From an uncultured Methanosarcinaceae archaeon (GTDB lineage: Archaea > Halobacteriota > Methanosarcinia > Methanosarcinales > Methanosarcinaceae): a DNA stretch of 64,000 nt. The position numbers and the translations under genes were made by a program. Positions 11,872 to 24,003 of this stretch are shown piece by piece. The notes beneath the pieces are model-generated. The model had not been told where the DNA came from. It saw only the letters and a program-made list of their open reading frames with translations, and did not search any database. The stretch lies in contig CAWHXP010000002.1 in NCBI GenBank assembly GCA_963833425.1, positions 391,194 through 455,193 of the forward strand, given 5' to 3'. How positions within the stretch are numbered: position 1 is the stretch's first letter; each line of letters opens with the position of its first letter.

Positions 11872-12977
11872 ATTTCACCCCCTAGGACTTTTACAACCTT
11901 ACTGAAGAACTTTTCCTCTGTATCCATAGGTCCTGCTTGAGCTTCAGGATGGAACTGCACACTGAAGATATCCAAGTCTTTATGAGAAACTCCTTCAACT
12001 GTTTTATCATTTGTGTTAATATAGCTTTCATATAGCCCAGTCCCATCCAGAGAGTCAGCATCAACCGCATATCCATGGTTCTGAGAGGTTATGAAAACTT
12101 TGTTTTCCACTAGATCTTTTACTGGTTGATTCCCTCCTCTGTGCCCGAATTTCAACTTATACGTCCTTGCTCCCATAGCAAGGGAGATAATCTGATGCCC
12201 GAAGCATATTCCACAGACTGGAATCGTGCCTGCAAAAGCTTTTACTGCATTAATTGCTTCTATTGCCTTTTCTGGATCTCCAGGACCGTTTGAAACGATA
12301 AGGAGATCTGGTTCGTAGCTTGCAATTTCTGTGGTTTTTGTAGTCGCTGGAACAATTGTAAGGTCGATCCCTCTTTTATGCAGGTTGTTTATTATATTGC
12401 GTTTTATCCCAAGGTCAACTATAACTGCATGTTTGTGCCTACTGCTACCTTTCCAGGCACCATTTGATCCAGGAATAAAACGAGGTTCTCTGCAGGTTAC
12501 GAGGGAAATCAGTTCCTCGTCCGTTATCTGCGGAAAGTTCCTTGCCACAGAGACAGCCTCTTCTCCGTCATCATTGCCAGTGATAAGGGCTGCACGCATT
12601 GTTCCGCGTTCTCTTGTCCTGATGGTGAGCATGCGACTGTCTACGCCTTCTATTCCTGGTTTTCCTTCGTCTTCTAAAAATTTATGGATGCAACGTGTTG
12701 ATTTATAATGATAAGGATCTTTACATGCCTCTCGAACAACAAGTCCCTCCGCATGAATGTTATCTGATTGGAAACGCTCCCCACTGACGCCATAATTCCC
12801 GATTAATGGATAAGTAAACATTAAAATCTGACCCTTATAAGAAGGGTCTGTCAGAGCCTCCTCATATCCTGTGAATTGAGTGGTAAAGACAAGTTCACCA
12901 CAAGCCGTCCCTTCAACACCAAAACCAGTGCCACTGATAACTGTTCCGTCTTCTAAGCCTAGTACTGCTTTCATCAT
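11868..12977 (-). CDS. carA: Carbamoyl-phosphate synthase small subunit
   Basis: MKAVLGLEDG, SNGPGDP, GICFGHQ, SVQFHPEA. Confidence 0.97.
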   Translation of the reverse strand: MMKAVLGLEDGTVISGTGFGVEGTACGELVFTTQFTGYEEALTDPSYKGQILMFTYPLIGNYGVSGERFQSDNIHAEGLVVREACKDPYHYKSTRCIHKFLEDEGKPGIEGVDSRMLTIRTRERGTMRAALITGNDDGEEAVSVARNFPQITDEELISLVTCREPRFIPGSNGAWKGSSRHKHAVIVDLGIKRNIINNLHKRGIDLTIVPATTKTTEIASYEPDLLIVSNGPGDPEKAIEAINAVKAFAGTIPVCGICFGHQIISLAMGARTYKLKFGHRGGNQPVKDLVENKVFITSQNHGYAVDADSLDGTGLYESYINTNDKTVEGVSHKDLDIFSVQFHPEAQAGPMDTEEKFFSKVVKVLGGEI

Positions 12978-13964
12978 CTGAACCTGCGAGTAAATGTCAT
13001 AAGACATGTATAAGTTTTACGATGACTTTCAAGATTCCCTACATTAAAAGTATTCTTGAGTTTATTATGTGTCCTACATTCTGTCGATGTTAACACATGT
13101 AGAATTTGTTTGCTTATTTGCTTCTTATTCGTTGAAAATTAGAGAATTTTAAAGTTGTTGTATATTGAGAATAATGGATGGCAGTCTTATTATATATCTG
13201 CAGAAAGTGAAAAGATATATATTTCAATATAAATATATATCATCTTAATATTGTTTATCTGCTATCTTAGCAGCTTTGTATTATTGAAGATTTCTCTAAA
13301 GTTAGAATTAACAAGAATTCGTGTTCTTGTAAAGCAAAAACACTATTATCTTAAGATCAGCTGAAAGTCTGGTACAAGCAAAATCGGACAGTAGAAATTG
13401 GAAGTATTAAATAATAGTAAAATGATACTATTATGATTATTGAATGCAGTAGGAATATTGTCTGAAATTCTTAATCTTAAAATGAATGAAAAAATTGACA
13501 CCATACATAATGAATTAAAGCCATAATATCATGGGATGTAAACCAATGGTAGAAGTGTCAGAGAATTATACCTCTGAGTCTAAATGGAGAGACGGTTCCC
13601 AGAAGATTTTGGTAGGCGTGAATATAGGAAAATTAATGCAGTTTCAGAGAATAAAAATGAGAATGTTGAGATAATAGTCAACGATGCGGATGAGGTCAGG
13701 GGAAAAATTCTATCAAAGCTTTCTTTGTTTAGAGAAAGAAATGAGTCATCAATTGGTTAAGATTTTCCATCCGAACTCAACCTATTTTACTAAAATGTCC
13801 TTCATCTTTCATTTTACTTTCTGATAAATTGTAGCTGGATTTATCAAAAACCACTACCTTTCGGCGATTCTATAGCTTTTTGATTGATAAGAGTCTGCAT
13901 TTGCATCATGTAGTTATTATTCATTGATTTGATCCCATCTAGCTCTTTTTTCAATTAAGGCGTT

Positions 13965-14100
13965 AATCTCAAATATGCAGATCTAGATGCTGAGAAAATT
14001 TATAAATTGCTATTGGCACCAGTTGGGTACTGTTTCTAAGAAGATCACATTAAAAAGCTCATTAACGAAGAAGCTACCACTTTAAAAATCACCACCCTTC
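13965..14100 (+). pseudogene. Possible caspase-like (peptidase C14) N-terminal remnant
   Basis: Translates NLKYADLDAEKIYKLLLAPVGYCF*EDHIKKLINEEATTLKI, matching the L.YA..DA.......L.NEEAT...I pattern. Confidence 0.5.
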
Positions 14101-14139
14101 TCTATTTATTCCAATAAACAAATTGGAGTCCAAAATTCT

Positions 14140-16796
14140 ATGAACTCCGAAAACACAAAACCAGTCATCTTTCTAGCTTTCGCAAATGAACACGAGGACG
14201 AAGTAAGATATCTGCGCAACTTGCCGGAAGAGGCACGGAATACCCGCCATGTTCTTGATTTTGCTAGCAGGAATGGATTATGCGAAATAGTCGAACGTTC
14301 CAATGCCACTTTGCGTGATATATTGGACGTATTTCAGGATCCCTTATATTCTAATAGAATTGCTATATTCCATTATAGCGGTCATTCCAAAGGCACCAGC
14401 TTTTGCTGGAATCTGAACAGGGGGCGTACCACTGCCGCACATGCAGGAGGCTTGGCTGCATTTCTGGGGCAACAGGATGGCCTGCAACTAGTCTTTCTCA
14501 ATGGTTGTGCTACTCAGAAAAGGTACAAGGGTTGATCTATGAAAAAATCTCCATGGTCATAGCCACGTCTTGATCCATAGATAACCAGGTGGCTATGGAA
14601 TTTGCGAGGTGCTTCTACAAGGGCCTTGCTGGAGGGGCTAATGTCCAGAGAGCCTACAACGAAACTAGGGCTGCGATTCAGACAACACACGGCGAAGGCC
14701 CGCGAAACCTGTATTTTGCGGGAGCAGAGCCGAGGATTTAGTTGAAGACCGCTGGCCATGGGATTTATACTGTTGCCCTGGGGCTGAATTAGAAGTTCAA
14801 TGGAGTCTGCCGGAGGCCGTTGGTAACCCTCTCTTTGGACTACCCCCGGTTCCAGCGCAGGATTTGCCACCCAGCCCCTTCCGTTACCTAAGTTGGTTTG
14901 CCAGAGAACAAGCATAAATTTTCTTTGGCGGGGTTATGAGATTCGAGATTTATATCAACGGGCGACTGATCCTGATTCAGAGCCGATTATCCTTTGTTAG
15001 GACCAAACTGGGGTAGGCAAATCTTCGGTGATAGCTGCCTGTCTGCTTCCTCGATTAGAGAGAAGCCATGAAATTTGTTATCTGCGTCGAGACTTCAAAA
15101 AAGGCTTGTTGGGAACACTACTGGAGGGTTTGTCTGAAAAGCAAGGTATGACTTTGGCTGAATCCTGGTTTAGATAGAGAGGGCCAAACTGGAAAACCAT
15201 TAGTCATCATCCTAGACCAGGCTGAAGAGGCGTTCACTCGCCATAATCCTGATCTGCACAATGAACACCCTGATTTCTGGAAAGCTTTGGAAGCCATTTT
15301 CGGAAATCGAAGCCTACGACCCAAGGAAAACTGATATTAGGCTTCTGTAAAGAATATTTAGTGGAGATAGAAAAACAGCTCACCGATCGAAAACTGCCAT
15401 TTTCCAGGGTACTTCTAGAACAACTCTACCAAAGAGGCATTATCGAAGCCGTTAGTGGAACAGCCAGGAGCGGATGACTGCAGCAACATTATGGGCTTAA
15501 GATCGAGCCTGGTTTGCCGGATTTGCCGGACATCATAGCTAATGACCTGTTAGAGGACCGTGAATCCACCATTGCCCCCATCCTTCAGATTCTGCTCACC
15601 AAGATGTGGGACAAGGCCAAAGAAAAGGATCATGAGCACCCTGTCTTTGATCGAGAACTCTACCAGACTTTAAAGAGAAAGGGGATCCATCTGAAGGACT
15701 TCCTAGACCAACAGCTTGTTGCTCTAAAAGAATGGGACCCTGAAGTCGTTAACTCAGGGTTGGCCCTGAATATACTGGAATTTCGCATCACACCTTTGAG
15801 AACAGCGGAGGAACGAACTGAAGAGCAGCTCCGGCTGACATATAGACACCAAAGCCAAGTCATCAATCCTCTAATCCAAAAATGTGTGGATTTATACTTG
15901 CTTGAAAGGCTGAGCAAAGCTGTAACAAATCGCTTATTCCATGCTACTCTAGCGCCATTGGTTCGACAGCACTTCACCGCCTCAGACAGCCCGGACAGAG
16001 AGCGAGGCGTATTCTTGAGAGCCGTCCTGTAGGTTGGCAGGATGACCAACAGGGCACCCCTCTGGATGAATCTGAGCTCTCCATGGTTGAAAAGGGAAAG
16101 GACGGGATGCGAGCCTGGAAAACTGCCGAAGAACGATTAGTGAAAGCTAGCAGGAAGAAACGGGATAAAAGTAAAGGAGAAAAGCGGTTTTTACGTGGCG
16201 TGGTCATTGGTGCTATATTTGTGATAATCTGTCTAGCTGTAGCTACAACCTATATGTGGCAGAGCGCGGAAGCCAAGACGAAAGATGCTCGTGCTTTGAA
16301 TTTAAATTTACAATCCAGCAGTCTCTCTAAATATCCTAGAACTCTGGAAAAAAGCATTCTTCTTGCTATCGAATCATTTCGAATTCGTAGAACATTAGAT
16401 GTGATCAGTTAATACGTCGGGGATTATCACTCATACCTCATAGCTTTGTATCTTTGAATCATAATGCTTCGGTGAATAATGTCGTGTTCAGTCCTGATGG
16501 AAAATACTTCGCTACAGCGAGTGTTGACACAACCGCGCGTTTATGGGATGAATCTACAGGTAAACAAATTTTAGTTCTGAACCATGATGATTCGGTGTTT
16601 GATGTTGTATTCAGTCCTGATGGAAAATACATCGCTACGGAGAGTGTTGGCAAAACCGCAAGGTTGTGGATATGTCATACAGACGATCTTATAAACGAAA
16701 CCAGCAATCGTTTAACCCGGAATCTCACACCAAAGGAATGGAGAAGGTATAATGGGTGATGAACCTTATCAAAAAATATTTCCAAATTTACCATAA
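14140..16796 (+). pseudogene. CHAT protease + nSTAND1-type NTPase + TM + WD40 protein, many lesions
   Basis: HYSGH and LVFLNGC (CHAT dyad); PFRYLSWF..IFFG; Walker A QTGVGKSS (15004); Walker B VIILDQAEEAFT (~15203); TM ~16195-16260; two WD40 repeats (VVFSPDGKY..TARLW); LTRNLTPKEW tail. Confidence 0.85.
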
Positions 16797-17846
16797 AATG
16801 GTCGTGTCTGTGAGTCATTGAGCAACTATTAAAAAACTAGCATACCATCTATGTTTTGGAGATTATAAAGAGATTTTTGCACCACAACCCGTTTATTAGG
16901 GTGAATAAAAAAGTATTTTTTCACTGTGTTTATCCAGTTCTGGATTAATTGAAGCCCAGATAGTTTTATGATATTGATATCCAATGTTATGTTTTTCGTA
17001 GTACTTTGGGAATTCTTTCCTTAAACTGGTTGTGGTGCAAAAAATCTGGTTTTGTTGCAGAATCAGTATAAAAACCTTCACAATTAGGAAAGTTAATCAT
17101 TCTTATCACCGGGAAAAATGGTACTCAAAGGCAAGAATTATAGTATAAAATTGCTACCATTCGGGCAAATTGGAAGGTAAAAGCGAAGAATTTATAGAAA
17201 AATACAGGGATTACTACTTCAAAATGGCCGAAGAATCACCAAACTAGAAACTTTTCCATCATGCCTACTTTTGGGCAGCTTTTTACAGTTAACTGAGCAT
17301 AAAATTATGGTTGGGTTTGATAGTGTGGAGATTTTGGAGCTAACTAATTTACCCCAGTTATATATTTGCATTTCATCTGAATTATCCACATATTTGACTA
17401 TTAATAGAAAAGTCATTTAATTTTAAATCCGATTACTTTTATGTCAAAAAGTGGCCTACCCTTAATTACTTTAGTAGAGATTACCGATTTAAATGGTGGC
17501 CACAAGTTGGATGGAAAGAACTAGATACTAAGCGATTTGATGTCTTAAATAAATAGATCACGGCTTCAAAGTTGAGATGGATAAGTTATGGGATTGAGAG
17601 AAACTAGTTTTTAAAAACAGCTAAGCATAATATAGTCTTAATAGTTTCAGACAACGAAAGGATTTTAAAACTAGACTTTTTAGAAAGTCATATTTAGTTA
17701 TCTTGATACTTCAATGTGATAAATCGAAATTATCTATTATTTTGAAACAAAATCAATTGAGATCTTTATAAAGACCAACTGCTATATAAGGAGTATTGTT
17801 CCATAAATAATATGGAAAAAACGGAAAGAAAAAAGAGGAGTTAGGA

Positions 17847-18338
17847 ATGAATAGTAGTATTTTCAGGAAGATTATGGTTGCAACTGATGGTTCAGAACTA
17901 ACAAAAAAAGCAGTTGATTCAGCAATTGAAATTACAAAGTTAAATGATGCAAAGCTTTATGCTGTACATGTAATCGCTCCGGGAGATTTTTCGATAACTC
18001 AAAATGAGCCCAAAGCTTCGATAACACAAAATGAGCCCAGAGATGCAGAATGGAAAAAGGAAATGAAAGAGCATCTTGCAACACAAGGCAGGGAATCTAC
18101 GGCTTATGTAGAAAATTCCGGAAAAATTGCAAGTATTGCAGTAGAATCCGTAATTCTTGAAGGAAACCCTGCTGATGAAATTATCGACTTTGCAGAAAAA
18201 AACGACATCGATCTTATAGTTATGGGTACACTTGGAAAAACAGGGATAAAGAGGTTCTTACTCGGAAGTGTAGCCGAAAATGTGGTTAGGCACTCAAAAA
18301 AAGCAGTACTTGTTGTAAGGGGAGTAACGGCCAAATAG
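17847..18338 (+). CDS. Universal stress protein
   Basis: KIMVATDGS, DLIVMGTLG..LLGSVAENVVRHS; internal 27-nt tandem duplication (SITQNEPKA/SITQNEPRD). Confidence 0.95.
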   Translation: MNSSIFRKIMVATDGSELTKKAVDSAIEITKLNDAKLYAVHVIAPGDFSITQNEPKASITQNEPRDAEWKKEMKEHLATQGRESTAYVENSGKIASIAVESVILEGNPADEIIDFAEKNDIDLIVMGTLGKTGIKRFLLGSVAENVVRHSKKAVLVVRGVTAK

Positions 18339-18700
18339 GAAAAAATAGTTATGATTTTTACCCTCTATAGGTCAAAATAGGCTAGTTTAGGAAGCTCACA
18401 ACTACGGAAAAGTCCATCATCAAAATTTTTAATCGATTCAATAGTCTTATCGCTGATTTTCTGCAAAATCATAAATCTCAAAGATTCATAGAGTAGAAAT
18501 TGTGCATAAAAGTTGTTAACTGATAAAGAATAATTCTATCAAAATTATAACTTTTATACAAGTATCACCAAAGCATCATTTCACTAGCAGAGGAGAGTTA
18601 ATCACTTATTTCAAATTACTTGCGCCCTGAAAAAACGAAAAGCAAAAAATCATGTTGAAATTTCTTGTAAAACTCTCGTTTGTATAGTATCATTGGTTAT

Positions 18701-18791
18701 AGAGGATTTCGATAAACCTCTGATTTCAACAAATTGCTTATATACCGTTTATAAACTATCTACTAAAAAGTGGGGTTTATCGAAATCGTCT
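18701..18791. repeat. 91-bp MITE-like element (best-preserved copy)
   Basis: TAT|AGAGGATTTCGATAAACCTC...GGGGTTTATCGAAATCGTCT|ATA. Confidence 0.85.
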
Positions 18792-18807
18792 ATAGTAAAG
18801 CATAAAA

Positions 18808-20474
18808 TTACTTGGTCTTCAGCCCAATGGATGTCAGCGTCAACTTTAACCCTTGTTAGTATGTAATTTTCAGCTACTTCTGTGCTAACCTTGCCACTAA
18901 CAGATGCGGGGTACCCACCTTTCTAATAACGTATATTCTTTACAATAGTATTTTTCCACCACTCTTTTTGAGTTTTCTATAATCTAATTATCGTCTCTTG
19001 TGTCAATTATAGAATGATCGCAAGAGTGCTGACTTGTGGCTAGCTCTTAAAGAGTAGATGGATGTTATCTTTGTCAGTCTCCATTTCTAGTATTTCAAAA
19101 TCGATCTCCATTTCAATGTCATGAATTAGCTGTTTGAATTTTTAGTCAATCGGTTCTAGTATCTTTTTCGACACTTGCAGTGATACATTAACAAAAATTT
19201 GCTAAGATTTTTTTGTTCACACTCCGTGTTTATAAAAACACATCTGTATCGTTAAATAGATTACGTATTTTATGATAAAAGCATTCGATTTTAGGATATA
19301 TCCTATAGTTGACCTATCTAACTAACTTGCTCAACATATTGATAGTTATAGGCTCGTCTATATTTAGGGTTTAATCAGAAAGTAAAAACATATGAGCAAA
19401 TTGGGGAATCAATTTCTAGGTTTGACTCAAACAAACTAATTCCGAATTTAAAAAAGCAAAATCTGTGGCTAGAAGGAGTCAATTCCTATTCACTTCAGTT
19501 TATGACTAAACAGGTAAAATCTGCATTCACTAGATTTTTTAGAGAAAAAAAAATGGTTTTCTTAAATTCAAACCAAAGAAGAGTCCGATTCAGTCATTCC
19601 GATTCCACAACACTCAGTGTGAATTTTGAAAACAATGCTATTAAGCTTCCTCAGATTGGAGAAATAAAAGTAGTTCTTCAAAAACATTTGAAGGAGAATT
19701 AAAAACCGCGACTATTCCGAAATCTTGCCCGGGAAGTATTGATCAACACTTTACTGGAGGATAGAAAAGAACTTCCAGTTAAACAAGTGTTTTCTGAATC
19801 TACGACTTGGTGTAGACCTTGGGATAATAGATTTTACTGTTATGTCAACTAATTAATAGATCGAAAATACTAAGTGCTTAAAAAAACTCTATGAAGAGAC
19901 TTAAAGTACTCAAAAAAAAAAATGGTTAGTCGAAAATAGAATGGTTCTAAAAAGAGAGAAAAAGCCAAACAAAAACTTGCTGTACTTCACGAGAGAATAA
20001 CAACTTAGAGAAATGATTTCCTCACAGACTCTCTTTTAAATTTGTTAGTGAGGACCAATCAATAGCTTTTGCCACTCTGAATTTTAAAGGCACGACTAAG
20101 AGTCACCATTTAGCACAGTCTAAGGTGATTCGTCGTAAAGCAGTTTTGTAATAAAATTAGAATATGAATCAGGATGGTCAGGAAAAATCATTTTTATGAT
20201 AGGTAATTTGAACCATCATCCAAGGTCGATCATATTTATGGAACCATAATTTTAAGCTAACACTAAAGATAGAGAATGGAAATATCCTTAATGCAAGACA
20301 AAATATGACAGAGACATTAATGCTGCAATCAACATCAACAAATTTTATCTCATCGATAAATATTTAATTGTGATCTGACATCTGTGGAACGCGGGGAATA
20401 GACTTGGGACTTGTTCCCAAAAGAGAAAAGGAGAACCAAGAAGCCACTTAGTCTTCATCTGAGTGGTAGTGCAA
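18808..20474. mobile_element. IS605-type element: divergent tnpA (-, ~18850-19245) and tnpB (+, 19272-20378) pseudogenes
   Basis: TnpA EILEMETDKDNIHLL; TnpB start MIKAFDFRIYP and end DRDINAAINI; right-end hairpin GCCACTTAG..CTGAGTGGT. Confidence 0.9.
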
Positions 20475-20820
20475 TTTACAGGTAATGGTTATTATGCACA
20501 ACTTCGAATGCCAAATCTAGTGATTTCCTACCTAAATAGCAAGTTTTTAGCATAAAAATAACACTCTTAGAAGCTTTGTGTCTTACAGAATACAAATGTA
20601 TTTGGAGACCCTTTATTATCCTCTCAGTTTTGATTGGTTACGGTCAATTACCAGTGAAATTACGAGTACATTTGAACATCCAAAAAAATATTAAAAATAC
20701 TTATTTTCATATTACTGAGGTTCAAAAAGTTCTCAAATCAAAAAGTTCCATGGCTTTGTTACTTCACGAATACCAATGCTATTATATTTCTTCCATATAT
20801 AATATAATAGAGGGTTTTAC

Positions 20821-21312
20821 ATGGAAGCTGTTAATTTTCAGAAAATAATGATTGCTACCGACGGTTCGGTCCCCTCCGAGTTAGCTGCCGACAAAGGTAT
20901 AGCGTTTGCTAGATTGAGTGGAGGGACGGTTTACGCAGTCCATGTATTGTCAAAAGCTTACTTATCTGCTATGGATGGGAGTGCCTATCCTTCTTTTGGT
21001 ATGAATCCTGATTGGGAATCGATAAAGGAGGCTTTTCAAAGACATGGACAGCAGGCTTTGGATTATGTAAAAAATTTAGGAAAGATTAAAGGAGTTAATG
21101 TCGAATCTATCATGCTTGAAGGAAATCCCGCAGACGAGCTTACCCGGTATGCTGAAGAGAATAAAATGAATATTGTTATTATGGGTACTCTCGGAAAGTC
21201 AGGAATAGATAGATTTCTTCTGGGTAGCGTAACAGAAAATATTCTCCGCCACTCGAAAGTTCCTGTTATGGTTGTGAAGGAAAAGTATAAGCCATGGGCT
21301 GAATGCAAGTAA
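20821..21312 (+). CDS. Universal stress protein
   Basis: KIMIATDGS, IMGTLGKSG..LLGSVTENILRHS. Confidence 0.95.
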   Translation: MEAVNFQKIMIATDGSVPSELAADKGIAFARLSGGTVYAVHVLSKAYLSAMDGSAYPSFGMNPDWESIKEAFQRHGQQALDYVKNLGKIKGVNVESIMLEGNPADELTRYAEENKMNIVIMGTLGKSGIDRFLLGSVTENILRHSKVPVMVVKEKYKPWAECK

Positions 21313-21657
21313 ATTATAAATTGTAGATTCCTCCATTGATCCAATTTTACATTTTTTTAAACTCTATAGATTCTTAGTCTCACCATGAGTGATTGATCTA
21401 ATTCTAAAAAATAGATACTTTCACAGTGTTTGAAGAATATGTAGAGAGGTTCTATTGTATATTGTTTTCAATGACTACTCCCACAGCAAGAATTATAATA
21501 TTTTAGAATAGTAAACTTTTTAATATCTCATAAGATCGTAAAAATTTACTATTCATTGTTATACTTGCACTATACATCTAGATTTTCTCAATACTTACAT
21601 TATTTATTAGGATAATCTTTGTATTTACATTATTTATTATGTTAATTTTTATATTCT

Positions 21658-21748
21658 CTATATATTTTTTATAACTTCTGATTTTAATTAATCATTATAT
21701 ATTATCCATAAACATATGAATAAATTAAGGAATTTATCGAAATCCTCT
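21658..21748. repeat. MITE-like element with a degenerate left end
   Basis: Right end AATTTATCGAAATCCTCT|ATA. Confidence 0.6.
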
Positions 21749-21829
21749 ATAGCCCTAGTTTCTCTAGAAATTGTTTTCTGCATTAGGTTTCTAAAAGTTT
21801 GCTCTGGTATTCTAGAAATTCTGATTTAG

Positions 21830-22270
21830 TGACTTAAAAAGAAACGTAAAAGCCTTTTTTAGTTGTATGAGAAAATCTTCATCTAATTTTACATTATAAA
21901 GCTCTCTCACTTTAGATAGCTTTTAATTGAGAAATTGAGAGCTCCTGCAAGGTTAGCTCCTTGAAGTTTAGTTTTTCTAAGATTAGCTCTCTCAAGGTTA
22001 GCTCCGTGAAGATCAGCTTTTATTAAATAAGTTGCTCTAAAATTAGCTTCTTCAATGTCAGCTTCATCAAGGATAGCTCTCCAAAGCTTGATCCTTCAAG
22101 ATCGGCCATAAAAAGATTAGCTCTTTCAAGGATAGATCCTTCAAAGTTGCTACTTCAAGGTTCGCCCCTTAAAGATTAGCTCCTCTAAGGTTAACCATAA
22201 AAAGATTAGCCATCTAAGGTTAGCGCTGTCAAGGTTGATTCTTTTAAATTAGCTTTCAAAAAGTTAATTT
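21830..22270 (-). pseudogene. Pentapeptide-repeat protein remnant
   Basis: 15-nt periodic GCTAAYCTT (ANL) on the minus strand, e.g. ADLHGANLERANLRKTKLQGANLAG, broken by indels. Confidence 0.8.
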
Positions 22271-23232
22271 CTCCAAAACCAATAAATCAATAACCTCTTC
22301 CTGTTACCACGAAATTTTTACTTCATTGACTTTTTATCAATTGTAAACCGTAATCAACGGCAATTCAAGTGTAGCTAACAAATAGTACACGCAGGAGTAT
22401 CTGAAAATATCTAAACTGTAGCTGGAAATTACATAAACTAAAATATCGGTAGCAAAAGTTCCATTGCAGAAATGAAATATCAAAATGTTTGACTATGTGC
22501 CTGTAAACTCAATGATGTCATATCATGCAAAAATACACTTCCCATAGCATGTTAGTTACCCATTCAATGCGAAAAGTATTATAATTTCTTTAATACCCAT
22601 TAAAAATCCAGGTTTAACTCAATTTCCTCAGACACCCTTATCTTTTGAAAAATTAATAAATTCGGCGACTCTAAAATAGATCTTGTGTGGGCTAGCATAC
22701 TTTTCCCCCATAGCCATTGAATGTTAACTTTACCTTGAGCTTATCAGTGGCGTCTTCCTTGATTATATTTGTGTCTAGAAGCAAGGGAGCCAATATACAA
22801 AGCAGTGGGCATCCTATATTATAATCGTGAAAATGAGGCAACAGTTAGTGTCAGAATTGGAAGCATAAAAGCTATTGGATTGAAAATGAACCGATTTGTT
22901 TAAAATAATTAAATTTATGGTGGCAGGAGACGATCAAATTTGCTCACTTGCTCATAAATCAGTTTCAATCATCCAATTTGCAAGATCAGGATTTAGCGGG
23001 AATGATACATCTAAAGCGAAAAAATGAAGTGAAGACTCAAATGATATCATGGAATTTATTGGTGCATCATCTGAATATTTGAAGTGCTCCTCATACAAGC
23101 AGAACTTGAAGAGCTTGATTCTGACATGAGATATCTACAAATCTTCTTGAAACTGCAAACCTAAATGAAATTATAGCAATTGAAGATATGTGAAATGGAA
23201 AAGAAGTGAAAACTCAATATAATAGATTGTTT

Positions 23233-23559
23233 TCACTTAAAAAATATTTTTTCTTTATTTTTCATTCTCTGAATCTCGTCTTCAAGTATTTTTATTCTTG
23301 ATTCAAGTTCTTGCATATCTTTTCGAGTAAACATGTCTGCTTTTGAGATTGCGTCCTGAATTTTGTCAGAAATTTTTCTTTCAAGATCAATTTTCTGTTT
23401 TTTGCTTTCTTCAAGCACATCCTGAATAACTTTTTTGCCCTCTTCCTTACTGATGGTTCCTTTATCTACCAAATCCTTTACCATTTCATCTATTTTTTCT
23501 TCGGTCATTGCCCAGAGGCCAGCTCCTATGAGCCCAAGTTTTCTGACTGATTCTCTCAT
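23233..23559 (-). CDS. Phasin-like / PHA synthesis regulator-family coiled-coil protein
   Basis: LIGAGLWAMTEEKIDEMVKDLVDKGTISKEEG...TRKDMQELESRI. Confidence 0.8.
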   Translation of the reverse strand: MRESVRKLGLIGAGLWAMTEEKIDEMVKDLVDKGTISKEEGKKVIQDVLEESKKQKIDLERKISDKIQDAISKADMFTRKDMQELESRIKILEDEIQRMKNKEKIFFK

Positions 23560-23791
23560 GTATAAACACTGCCTTATACTTATTAACCTGAAAAGAAATA
23601 ATTTAAAAATAATCAACCCGATATGGTCATAATGATGTATTAAAAGTTCCTCTTATTATCAAAATCTTATTTATATAAATATATTCTAGCTGGATACATA
23701 TTCATCGAAAGCCATTCCTTAAACTAAATTATGAGGATTTCGATAAACATCTATACATTTGAAAATTGGAGAGTTTAAATATATTAACCTT

Positions 23792-23880
23792 AAAGAATTT
23801 CGATAAATCCTTAAATTTAGTCATATGTTGTAAAGAGGATACGAATTAATCACAAAAATCAGAGGTAATCGAAATTTTCT
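23792..23880. repeat. MITE-like element (reverse orientation), with an extra half end at ~23732
   Basis: AAGAATTTCGATAAATCC...AATCAGAGGTAATCGAAATTTTCT. Confidence 0.7.
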
Positions 23881-24003
23881 ACAATAAGTTAAACATCATT
23901 AAATTGATTTTTGATGGATTGAATGGTCATAGATTTTCTTTTTAAGCTCAATACTTTCTTTGCATTAGATGAATCTGTTATTTTTCATCGAGTAAATCTA
24001 TTA

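Noticed and set aside
22700..23200. Coding-like stretches here and at 13420-13760, 16900-17420, 31290-31600 and 32600-33060
   Set aside because: Probably gene ghosts, but no family could be recognised by eye; BLASTX would be needed.
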